Shown: in pieces, positions 12,919 to 25,006 of the stretch
Position numbering within the stretch: position 1 is the stretch's first letter
Layout of the letters: each line of letters begins with the position of its first letter
Assembly: GCA_030770535.1 (NCBI GenBank)
Contig: JASVEC010000015.1
Location: 682,001-746,000 of the forward strand
Reading direction: 5' to 3'
From: Batkoa obscura
Taxonomy: Eukaryota
DNA: 64,000 nucleotides
Notes under the pieces: generated by a model
What the model was told of the DNA's origin: nothing
Seen by the model: the letters and a program-made list of their open reading frames with translations, nothing else
Databases searched by the model: none
Program-made: the position numbers and the translations under genes

Positions 12919-15900
12919 ATGGCTAAGCACTTATCTAACTTCCCAAACCCTGCCGAAGATGATAAGTCCTCAATTGATGATCTAGGTAAAATTCAAGACT
13001 TAACTTTTCTGAGTCCCAAGACGGATGTGTATTTAAACCAAGCGCTTAACTTACGCTTCAAAGATCGACAATATTTCACTAAAGTAGGAGCACGCTTATT
13101 ATTATATATTAATCCATATAATGATTTATCTTGCTTTCATGAAGATGTGATGGGTTATTATTTAAAAAATAATAATAATGTCAATCATCAACAAGAATTA
13201 GAACCTCATATCTTTCAATTGTGTAAAGTAATTTATTTTCATTTAAAACGATCAGGTATTGATCAAACCTTGATTTTTAAGTAAACTCTTATATTTTATT
13301 GTTGGTAACTAAAACTAATTCTTTTTCTTTCTAATAGCGGTGATTCTGGCTCTGGTAAATCGCATTTATTTCAACAATTTTTACGTTGTTATTTTGAATT
13401 ACGAAAAACGCATCGTAAAGAAGCACGGTTATTAGAAGCATCTCAAGAAGCGGATGCTGTTTTCCAAGCGTTTGGTAGTTGTAAGACATTTCAAAATCCA
13501 AATGCTTCCAAAGTTGGCAAATATTTAGAATTACAATTAGACAAAAAGGGACGAGTTTATGGTTTAAAATTTTTAAACTATTTATTAGCTAAAAACCGAG
13601 TAGTTAATGTACCTAGAAATGAAAGTAATTTTAAAGTGTTTTATATGCTGTTAGCTGGTGTTGACCTTCAAGAAAAAGAACATTTTAAACTTGGTGATGC
13701 TGTGAGTTTTAATTATTTGGCTCATACTAATAATGATTTCAATCAAGAAGAATTGAAACAAAGTTTTAGTGAACTTAAAAAATCTTTAAAAGTATTAGGT
13801 TTTCATCAGCGTTCACAAAGTCAAATCTTTCAATTATTAGCTTCAATATTACATTTAGGAAATTTGAATTTTGTTAATCATGGAAACAATAATAATGAAC
13901 CTGCCTTGATAAAAAATATCGATATTTTAGATATTTGTGCTGATTTTTTAGGTTTATTACCCAATACATTAGAAGCTTTACTAACATATAAAACGCAAAT
14001 GATTAAAAAAGAAATGTGCACTATATTTTTAGATGCTAAAGATGCCAAAATTCAACGAGATGATTTAGTTAAATGTTTATATTCTTTATTATTTTCTTGG
14101 ATGATTGAACATATTAATACTAAATATTGTCAAGATATACAAGCTAATTTTATTGGTTTATTAGATTTACCTGGTTTTTATTATTCTGATTCTTCTTGTA
14201 ACTTTGAACAGTTTTGTGTTAATTATGCTAATGAAAGATTATTTAATTATTGTTGTTTTCAAGTATTTGAAGCTTCTAATACTTCTTATCAAGAAGATGG
14301 TATTACTATTCCAATTGTAGAATATCCTGATAATCATACATTAATTCAACTACTTGGTAAACCAAGTTCGGGTATTGTTGCTATTATGGATAAATTAGCC
14401 AATAAAGTTAAGGGACCAGCTACTGATGCCTCCTTGATGACTTCTTTAGCAAAAAATCATTCTCATCAAGATTTATTTCAATTAGATCGTAGCAATAACC
14501 AATTTTGTGTTCATCACTTTACTCAACCAATAACTTATTCAGTAGCTGGTTTTATGGAACAAAATCGAGCATCTATTGGTGCTGATTTTGTTCAGACATT
14601 TCGTGGTGGTCCAGATGCTTTAGTTGGTAATCCATTTGTAGCTGGATTATTTACTTCGGATGCGGTTTATACTGAAGTGAATCCCAAAAATGGGAATGCT
14701 ATTGTAGCTGCACAACAACCAAGTGTACCTTTACGTAAACCAAGTATGAAAAAGAAAAAAGAAGCAAATTTAAAAGAAAATAGCAAAGATAAACCTCAAG
14801 GTTCATTAGCTCAATTCCAAACTGGATTAGATGAATTATTTGATACTTTTGATAATACTGAAGCTTGGTTTGTATTATGTTTTAATTCGAATCAAAATCG
14901 AATGTTTGATAATATTGATAGTAAAATTATATTACAACAAATCGAAAGATATAGATTAGTTTACATGACCGAACGTAAAGAAATTGAATATACTGTTTGT
15001 TATCAGCATAATGAATTTGTTACAAGATATTCTTCAATTTTAATAGCTATGGGAATTGAAGTGGATGAAAATGATCCTTTATCAGTTTTAGTTAATTCAA
15101 GAGAAAGTTTTGGTTGGGGTACGGAACATATGGCAATTGGACATAAATTTACTTATCTTTGTGATGGTGTTTGGAGAGATTTAGAAGATAATTTAAAAGT
15201 AATAGAAACACAAGGAGTTAATGCTCTAAATAAAGATTCTCCTACTGGGTTTTTAAATGACAATCAATCTTATTACTCAGATGATGATAATTTAAATGAA
15301 GATCAATTATCTTTTTATGAAAAAGGTAGTAAATTTTCTCAATCTCAAGATGGGGAAATTCATTTAACTAAAGCAGAAAATCAATTAAATTTAAATGCAA
15401 TCGAAGAAGAAGAAGAAGAAGAAGAAGATATACCAAAAACAAAAGTGAGAAAATCTTGGATTTGTTTTACTTGGGCAATGACTTGGTGGGTGCCTACTTC
15501 CTTTTTATCCTGTTGTGGAAGAATGAAATTAAAAGAAGTTCGTATGGCATGGCGTGAAAAAGTTAGTTTATGCTTACTTATTTTCTTTTTATGTGCCTTG
15601 GTAGTTTTATTTATTGTTGGTATTAATCCTTTAATCTGCCCAACTCGTCAAATTTTTTCAAGTTATGAAGTGAATTCTTTTAATACAGCAAGTAAACCAT
15701 TGGTATCCATTTATGGACAAGTCTTTAATTTACAAGGTTTATCTACTCATTATGGTACTCAACAAACTCAGTTAATTAAAGTTTATGCTGGTAATGACGT
15801 GTCTTATTTATTTCCACAGCAACTAAGTTCCTTATGTAATCGATATGATGGTAGCTCTATTGATGAAACAGTTTCTTTACAAAATACAACTTTAGGTGCT

Positions 15901-18666
15901 CAAGATAAAAATGCCCAATATCATGATCATCGATATTATCGAGGATCGGATTATTATCAACCAGACTGGTATCAAAATGCCATGCAAAGAATGAGATTAA
16001 CAATGAAAGCAGGTGATTTAGCTGTAGATCCAACTACATTATCTAAAAAAGCAGCAACTGGTTATTTTTGGGTAGAATTAAATCAAAAAATATATGATTT
16101 AAATTCTTATGTTACTGGCAATTTATATACTTTAACACCACCTGGTCAATCTCCTTCATCTTCAGGTTATGATTTTATGGACCCTAATTTTATTGATTTG
16201 GTTCGTGTTGGATCTGGGAAAGATATTACTTTAGCATTCAATAAGCTATATCAAAATGATGCACAAACTAAAGCATTAACAATGCAGTGTTTAAATAATG
16301 TATTTTATTCAGGAGTTTTAGATGACCGACAATCTTTCCGTTGCGTATTTGCACAATATATCTTATTAGCTTTATCTATCTTTTTATTTGCTATTTTATT
16401 TGTTAAATTTTTAGCATCTCTGCAATTAGGTTCTCGTCCAGAACCTGAAGATCATGATCGATTTGTTATTATTAATGTACCTTGTTATACTGAAGGCGAA
16501 GAATCTTTAAAGAAAACAATTGATTCATTAGCCGTATTAAAATATGATGATAAACGTAAATTATTATTTATTGTAGCTGATGGTATGGTAATGGGAGGTG
16601 GTAATGATAAACCTACACCAAGAATTGTATTGGATATATTAGGATCGGATCCCAATAATGAACCTGAAGCATTATCTTTTCATTCTTTAGGGGAAGGTTC
16701 AAAACAACATAATATGGCTAAAGTTTATACTGGTTTATATGAATGTTATGGTCATGTAGTACCTTATTTGGTTGTTGTTAAAGTAGGTAAACCTACAGAA
16801 AGAGCTAAACCAGGAAACAGAGGAAAAAGAGATTCACAACTAATCTTAATGAAGTTCTTTAATAAAGTTCATTATGATCATCCAATGGTACCTTTAGAGT
16901 TAGAAATGTATCATCAAATTAAAAATGTAATTGGTGTAGATCCACATTTTTATGAATATGTATTAATGGTAGATGCAGATACTGTAGTTATGCCGGATTC
17001 ATTAAATCGGTTAGTATCTGCTATGTTACATGATACTAAGATTATGGGATTATGTGGAGAAACGGCATTAGCTAATGAAAAAGATACTTGGGCTACCATG
17101 ATCCAAGTTTATGAATATTATATATCCCATCATTTAGCTAAAGCATTCGAATCTTTATTTGGTTCTGTTACTTGTTTACCAGGTTGTTTTTGTATGTATC
17201 GATTAAGGACACCAGCAGGTCAGCCTTTATTAGTACATAATGTATTAATTACAGATTATTCTGAAAATCGAGTAGACACATTACATAAAAAGAATTTGCT
17301 ACATTTAGGAGAAGATCGTTATTTAACTACTTTAATGTTAAAACATTTTCCATTTCAAAAAATGACATTTACACCAGATGCTATGTGTTTAACTAATGCA
17401 CCAGATACTTGGGATGTTTTATTGTCTCAAAGAAGAAGATGGATCAATTCAACTGTTCATAATTTATTAGAACTAGTATTTTTACCGAGGTTATGTGGGT
17501 TTTGTTGTTTTTCAATGAGATTTGTTGTATTTATGGATTTATTATCAACAATTATAATGCCTGCTACATTGGGTTATTTGGGTTATTTATTATATCGATT
17601 AATTACTGATTCAAGTAATATACCTATTATATCTTTGATATTTATATTAGCACCTTATGTATTACAAATGACCGTATTTATATTAAGAAGGCAATGGCAA
17701 CACATTGGTTGGATGATTGTTTATTTATTAGCATTGCCAATCTTTGCCTTTTTTATACCAATTTATTCCTTTTGGCATTTTGATGATTTTTCATGGGGAT
17801 CAACTAGAATTGTAGTTGGTGAAAATGGAAAACGTAAAAAAGTAATAGTTGCATCTGGAGCAGATGAAGGTAAATTCGATATTAAAACAATACCAACTAA
17901 GAAATGGACCGAATATGAAGAAGAGATCTGGGAAGCAGGAACGGAATATTCTAATGAAAGTAAAAAATCAAACTTACAAAATAAAACACAATCTGGTTTT
18001 TATCCACCAATCAATAATACAAACTCAATGCTATATCAGCCTAATCAATTGCAAAATCCAACTCAATCTATTTATCAAAATATGAATTCAGGTCCAAGAT
18101 CTTCTAATATGATTATTGGCAATATGTTACCAAATAATATTGCTTCTCGTCCAGGATCAAGATTAAATATAAATAATCCAAGTACCGAATTTTATAACAA
18201 TAATAATAATAATAATACAATAATAAATAAAAATACAATGAGTCAATATAATAATAACATACAAAATGAATCTTATCAAATGATGCCAATGCCAACTAAT
18301 AATAATAATAATATAACGAATCCTTACCAAAGGAATGTCAATAATCGATCTGGTAGTGGTATGTTTGATAATACAAATCAACAAGGGTATTTGGGTCATC
18401 ATTATGTTCCAGGCACCGAATCTCCAAAACCGTTATTAGGTTATGATACACCAAATGACACTACATCTAATAGCCCAATCGTTGCTACACAATTGGAAGT
18501 CGAAATTATGGATGAAGTAGCTATTATTTTAGAAAATGCGGATTTAATGGCAATTACTAAAAAACAAGTAAGAGATCAAGTGGCAAATAAATTAAATAGA
18601 GATATGCAACCTTATAAAGAATTGATTAATAGATGTATTGAAAAAGTATTACAAAATCAAGGGTAA
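12919..18666 (+). CDS. Class V chitin synthase with N-terminal myosin motor domain
   Basis: Intron 13281-13337 restores the P-loop GDSGSGKS. Myosin motifs EPHIF, NPNASKVG, LLDLPGF, FEQFCVNYANE; cytochrome b5-like region; CHS motifs PCYTEG, MVDADT, GEDRYLT, SQRRRW; C-terminal DEK_C-like ADLMAITKKQVR. Confidence 0.96.
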
Positions 18667-18828
18667 CACAAGTAATTATACAACAATATTTTTCGATTTT
18701 TCATTATCTTAATTTTAATAAATTTTTATATTTTATTTGTTATTTTTTTACTTTTTTTCACCTTTTTTTTCCATTAATTATGATATATTAAAAAATTTGA
18801 TATACGATTTCGTTTAAAATTAAAATAT

Positions 18829-18927
18829 GGGGGATGTATTTTTTTGTTTGAGAATTTTACTAACAATTTTTCCGCTCAAATAGCGCTTAAAAGATGGAAA
18901 AAATAATAAAACTAAGAAACCATCCTC
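18829..18927 (-). mobile_element. MITE copy (family 1)
   Basis: GGGGGATGT...CCATCCTC; ATAT on both flanks. Confidence 0.9.
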
Positions 18928-19413
18928 ATATACCCTTTTGAAAAATGTGTAAAGCTCTGATGATTAGGGAACTAAGAGCAAAAATTTAATACTAGAAACT
19001 TTAGCAATTTGTTAAGTTTTTGTTTGCAAATGTTCAATTTCGGCGTTCTAAACATTTATCAAAAAGATATAAATATAATTAAACAATATGTGAAAATAAG
19101 AATTAATAAAATCAATAAAAATGATAAAACAATAAAATCTAGAACTATAGAATAGAACCATCAATATCAAAATAAGCAAATAAGTTATATAAAACAAACT
19201 TCAAATTAATATTCCAACAATTTCACTTTAATAATCTAAAAATTAATCTTGTTGATCTCTTACTAAATGATTCAACATGAAAGAATTTCATCTTAAAACA
19301 ACCAGCTGTGAAGATTTTAAAGTATTATAAATACTTATCGAATCCCATTTCAAGTACTATTAAAAAATAATAATTCATTTTGAAATACAATTTTATTACA
19401 ATATAATATATAT

Positions 19414-19628
19414 ATGCATCAATCAGTGTTAGGTTTGTTATTATTATCTTTATTAACACTCAATTGTATGAGTTATATTCTAAATTCAAATCAAGGTAAA
19501 ATTATTTATATAGTACTATTGAACTTTTTATACTAAATAACTATTTATTAGTCCCACATGATCCCATCTCTATTTCTAAAGATAGTTCCAATTTTCAACC
19601 ACCGAGACCTATCAATAGAAATGACTAA
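19414..19628 (+). CDS. Putative 52-aa secreted peptide (2 exons)
   Basis: ATG 19414; intron 19496-19551 (GTAAA...TACTAA...TTAG). Product MHQSVLGLLLLSLLTLNCMSYILNSNQVPHDPISISKDSSNFQPPRPINRND*. Confidence 0.5.
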
Positions 19629-20008
19629 TAACTACCATTTCCTCTTCTTTTTTTCAAATTTTTTTCGACTAATGTTTTCTGTAGTTATCTCAATTACATT
19701 TAAATACTTACTTATATCTATAGTCAACTTACTATTAACTTAATCTTACTCTATTCAGCTTAATAAACTGTATATAAAATAGAGCTTTTTTATTCTTTAA
19801 ATTTATAAACGTTTGTTTATAAGTAATCAATGATACTAAATATGAGATAAATCGTATTAAACTGAGTAAGGGGCATTGTTCGATAGTGAAACTATAATGA
19901 CTTAAATGCTTTTTATCTTGTATAATTAAATCTCTATTTTTAAAGTTGAGCGAAAGCCTTAGCCAAGTTCTTTATTTTAAAAGAAGATAAGATGAATAAA
20001 CATCATCT

Positions 20009-20105
20009 GGGGATGTATTTTTATGTTTAAGAATTTACTAACAATTTTTCCACTCAAATAGCGTTTAAAAATGGAAAAAGTAATGAAGCCAAAAAAAACA
20101 CTCCC
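20009..20105 (-). mobile_element. MITE copy (family 1)
   Basis: GGGGATGT...ACACTCCC; ATCT on both flanks. Confidence 0.9.
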
Positions 20106-20847
20106 ATCTATTTAAACTATTTAGATTATTTTTTATATAATTAAGATAGAAAAACACTACTATTTAGGTATTGATTTTCATGTAAAAACTGGAAAACGTT
20201 TAATGTCTCGCAGTGAACTAAAATATATTTCAATTGCTTATACATTTAGCATAAATTGATAAGTTATAGACACATCTTATTTTTTCAATATTAATATTAA
20301 TGTTGAGTTATGACGAATTAATTTCAAATTCTATTCATTTAAAACTTAATTTTTATCAAAAAATAACAAATACCCCCCCTCCTTAGAATTTTAGCAACTA
20401 AGTTGCTAAAATTAAACATTAATTAAGCGGAAGCTTAATATATTTTTGATTATAGTCACCTCCGATGTATTATCTCCGATAAACTTTTTAGCCCACGTTT
20501 CATATAATTCCAATCGAAAAATCCAAGCCCATTTTTATGAATTTTATGAACCTTAGTAGTTAAATAAAATATGATTTTTTCTATTACTATGGTTTTTTGT
20601 TAAAATTGATTTAGTTCTTTTCATTTGGAGTCTTGACCAAAAAAAAGGAGCCTAGAATCAGAAAATTTAGTAATTCCAACAAATCCAACCATTTGCTCAT
20701 TATTTTCACTAATTTGCAAACCAAACCTAATGCTTATAGATTTCTTGAAAAATACCTACGTCATGATTGAGTAGGGTTATAAAAAAGGAATTAACTTAAA
20801 TTAGTTGTTGAATCACTTTTATAAATAAATTTATCAATACAAGAAAT

Positions 20848-21496
20848 ATGACCCTTGGAGATCGTTTACCCTTTGTAGCTGAAGCTGAAGATCCACTCAC
20901 TGAAGCAGAACTAAATGTAAGTCAAAAAAGAATAATTTCTATTTGATTTATAATATTTAACTAAAACTTTAAACTTTTAGGTCCTTCGTACTCAATACGC
21001 TAGTGAAGGTAAAGATGCCAATGTACAAACCAAATTTAATTTAGCTTGGGGACTTATTAAATGTCGTGAAAGACAATTTGTACAAGAAGGTATTCAGATA
21101 TTAAATAGTAAGTTTTTATTATAGTTATCTTTACCTTTTGTAATTTAGTCTTATAACTAATCAAAAAATCAGGTATCATTGTCGAATACCCAGACAGACG
21201 TCGTGAGTGTCAATATTATATAGCTTTAGGGAATTATAAATTAGGCAATTATACAGAAGCTAGAGTGATGAATTCCTATATTTTGGATCAAGAACCTCAT
21301 AATATTCAAGCTCTAGCATTAAAAAATTTAATTGAAAAAAGAGTATCTAGAGGTAAAATTTTATTAAATGATTATTGAAATTAATGGGTTTTAATACAAT
21401 ACTTTTATAGAAGGCTTAATGGGCTTATTTATGGTGGGTGGTTTAGTAGCTGCTATTGGTGTAGGGGCTGCTTATCTCTTCCGTAAACAAAATTAG
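20848..21496 (+). CDS. FIS1: Mitochondrial fission protein Fis1 (4 exons)
   Basis: Spliced product: LPFVAEAEDPLTEAELN|VLRTQY...QTKFNLAWGLIK...RRRECQYYIALGNYKLGNY...EPHNIQA, then a C-terminal TM GLMGLFMVGGLVAAIG with a basic tail. Confidence 0.95.
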
Positions 21497-21577
21497 GTCA
21501 ATCATTATGAATAAATGCTTAATTTATAGTATTATATATGCTTGTTATCTGATTATAACTAAAAATAATAAATGTAT

Positions 21578-21672
21578 GGGGATGTATTTTTTGTTCAAGA
21601 GCTTTACTAACGATCTTTTGCTCAACCAGCACTTAAAAAATGGAAAAAGCAATGAAACCAGGAAAACACCTC
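21578..21672 (-). mobile_element. MITE copy (family 1)
   Basis: GGGGATGT...ACACCTC; flanks GTAT/ATAT. Confidence 0.85.
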
Positions 21673-21766
21673 ATATTATAAAATTTTATTAGTAGAAAAT
21701 TAAATTAATAAAATTAATTTATGAAAAATAAACACTTGATTTAAATAAATTTTATTTAATGATGAT

Positions 21767-22444
21767 CTAACTCTGTACCTCTAAAGTAACTAAACCAACA
21801 ATAGCTTCTTCTTCTTTAATCAACATTGATATAAAATGATAGCTATAAACGGATTGTTTATCATTTAATGTATAAACAGCAATTTCCAAATTTTCCTCAC
21901 TACTCATCTCTTTTAATTTGTCAAACAATTCAGTCAATTCTTCATCCTCTGTAGACTTATCAATAAACTGTTGTAAACTTTGTTTTTTCACATCAAATTG
22001 CTCCAAATTTTCAGTTTCATTACCAGCTTTTTCTTTAACCAATTTCAAAAACTCGATTTCTGTTGGAAGTTGATTTAATCTTAAATTTAACAAACTAAAT
22101 TTTTCAAATTCAAAGTCCGCTTCTGAATAATAGGTTACTCCATTAGATACTTTGGTTAAATATCCTAGGATGTTTTTTAAGCCTAAATCGTCTTCATTAG
22201 AAACAGAAATCTCTTTTTCTTTTTTTAGTAATCCATTTAACCATTTGGCTTCTTTAATATCGCTAAATTTATCATTTTTATTACTAATTGAATCGGTTGT
22301 TTCTTTAAACTCAAAATTATTGTTACTATTTAACATTTTCATATAATTATCATCACTCATTTTTCGAATTGATAACAAGGTAATGGGTTGAAATTTAGTT
22401 AAAAAAGATACTCTAGGAAAGTGTTTAAGTAAGCGTACAAGCAT
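21767..22444 (-). CDS. NuiA-like (nuclease A inhibitor fold) protein with putative mitochondrial presequence
   Basis: LTKVSNGVTYYSEADFEFEKF and terminal IVGLVTLEVQS* resemble recalled NuiA segments LKQASDGLLFMSESEYPFEVF and LAGISTKVVET*. The first 28 aa are R/K/L/S-rich with no acidic residues. Confidence 0.7.
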   Translation of the reverse strand: MLVRLLKHFPRVSFLTKFQPITLLSIRKMSDDNYMKMLNSNNNFEFKETTDSISNKNDKFSDIKEAKWLNGLLKKEKEISVSNEDDLGLKNILGYLTKVSNGVTYYSEADFEFEKFSLLNLRLNQLPTEIEFLKLVKEKAGNETENLEQFDVKKQSLQQFIDKSTEDEELTELFDKLKEMSSEENLEIAVYTLNDKQSVYSYHFISMLIKEEEAIVGLVTLEVQS

Positions 22445-22819
22445 GTAAAAATGAAATCAAATAAAAGTTGAAAGATACTAAAGAATTTTTTGTGCTAAAG
22501 AAAAGCAGGTTTTTGTTTGCAAAAGATGACGTATTGGAAAATAATACTGATAAAAATTTTGATGTTTGAAAATATGTAGCCCAAACTAGATCTATTATAA
22601 TAAAAATCTCAACACATTAAGAACTATATAAAGGACAATGGAGGCTTTGATATGTAGTGAAATAATTAAAGAAGGCTTTCAATAACTGCTTATTTTCCAG
22701 TTTGGAACGACTAAGTCCCAAAGAAAAAAAAAGTTGTATCATCAAAAATGGTTTTCAGCTGGAATACCGATTTGAATTAAGATGAACTTGCTTTGTTGTT
22801 TAGGATCATTTTAGAATAT

Positions 22820-22918
22820 GGGGATGTCTTTTTTGACTTCATTATTTTTTCCATTTTTTAAACGCTGTTTAAGCGGAAAATTTGTTAGTAAAACTCTTAA
22901 ACACAAAAATATATCCCC
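22820..22918 (+). mobile_element. MITE copy (family 1)
   Basis: GGGGATGT...ATATCCCC; ATAT on both flanks. Confidence 0.9.
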
Positions 22919-23374
22919 ATATCATCAACGGAAAATCCAAATTACTCAAGCAAGAGAAGTAATAAGAGTTTTATCTATGTAGGAAAAAGAGCTGGCATAT
23001 TGATAAGTTTTTCCCAGTACTAGATCATAATCATTAATAGCATTACTTGATGCTTTGAAGTAATAAAATTACAAGAATTGGATACATAGTTAATTAATAA
23101 TACAATTTCAGATCAATTTTAAACATAATTTGAATAAACCAAAGCAATCAGTGTATTATAATATTTCATATTTAAACATAAATTGACGTTTTTTCGAATA
23201 TAATAATTTTAATATACGTTGAAATAGTTATACGTGCAATGTTTTATATACGAAAATTAGCTATTTCAAATAATTTACTAGAACTAGTGATAAATAATAA
23301 ATATTTAAAAAACTTTCAAGTTACTATTGTTTATCAACTATATTAATAAAACTCAGGTTTAATCCGTCCTATTT

Positions 23375-24650
23375 TCAACTACTTTCTCTTAGCTTTTGAA
23401 TTTTCTCTTTAACTTCATCAGGGATAAAAAAATCTTCTACAAATTCAGTTGCTCCCTTAACGACGGAATATTGATCAATATCAGTTACTCCATTCTCACG
23501 TAAAAATAATTCATCCACTAAAAAATTACCACTGAATTAAAGCATAACCAGTTAATATCATATAATAAAGGACTGGATAAGATGCTTACGTAAATTTCTT
23601 GCTGTCTTTATTAAATACCATATGTGCAGAATCAGCAATGATCTCTGGGGTACTAAAAAATATCAACTTAATCAGCTTATAATAAATCCAATTTACTTAC
23701 CGACAAAGCTCTGGTTTATTCATTGATTCTAAATAACTAATTTAGTATAATATTAACAAGAAATAATCCGCTTACCAATCATCTGTAAAGCTGCCGTCAT
23801 AATCGCAGTAAGTGGCCATAATGCATTCACTGCAATACCATCTTTTTTAAGTTCTCCTGACATACCAAGTACACACATTGACATACCATACCTAAAACGC
23901 ATTAAATATAGCTCGTAAAAAACGAAAAATACCATACTTTGCCATAGTGTAGGCACTATGGTTTTGAAACCATTTTTGATGCATGTATAGTGGTGGAGCA
24001 AGGTTTAAAATATGTGGGTTACTACTCTTTCTTAAGTGAGGAATAGAGTGCTAAGAGTAGTTTAAAAGTAAATAAAATTGATGTTCTATAAATGAGCTAG
24101 CAACAAACTTTAGATACCAGCCAAGTACCACGGGTATTGATTTGATGCATCAAATCAAACTTTTTCAAAGTGGTTTCTTCGGTATTTGTTAAACTAATAG
24201 CGGAGGCTTTTATTATTAACATCTATTATTAAATAAAAAACAGATTAGCCTTACCATTATTAACTAAAATATCAAGCCTACCAAACTGTTTCACTGTTTG
24301 ACTAATGGCGTCAGCAATCTGTTCTTCGCTTCGAATATCACAAATTATGGGCAATGCTTTTCCTCCTGCTTTTTCTACTTCTTCAGCTGCTGTGTAGATT
24401 GTTCCTGGTAGCTTAGATAATGGCATTAATAAGCTTTCTGTTTCTTTTTTATTTTATTCGCTTACCTTTGGATGCGCGGTGGTTGTCTTTGCTGCTATTG
24501 CTACATTTGCTCCATCTCTAGCTGCTCTTAAGGCTATTGCTTTGCCAATACCTCTATAAAATTAAATTAATTAACCTTTGCTCTTCTTTACATCCCATCG
24601 AATTACCTTGATGCTCCAGATATAAAAATTGTCTTTCCTTTTAAACTCAT
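23375..24650 (-). CDS. HSDL2-like short-chain dehydrogenase/reductase, copy B
   Basis: MSLKGKTIFISGASR|GIGKAIAL...HPK|LPGTIYTAAEE...ASAISLT...HSAYTMAK|YGMSMCVLG. Same intron positions as copy A. Confidence 0.92.
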
Positions 24651-25006
24651 AACTTCTTTTTAATTAAAAAATATTTATGAGTTTTTAATTTTATACATGC
24701 CATCACTTTTGGCGAAAATTTAGCTCGGAAATAGGTTCCGGCTTCAAAGATTTTATTTTATAGTTTGCATTTATATTGTGAGTTCTAGCCAAGATACGTT
24801 TATAACATCTTTATTGTTTATGCATAGGATGGTTTTTGTAGAATTGGATAAATACTATCAACATAAAATAGTTAAAATTTAAAGTCAGTTTATTAGCTCA
24901 ATTTTAGTTACTAAATCCTATTTATCCGAAAGTACTAAATATCAATAAAATTAGAACTTCTCATTCATTCTTTTTCAAAACCTAACTACCATCACAAGCT
25001 ATTACA

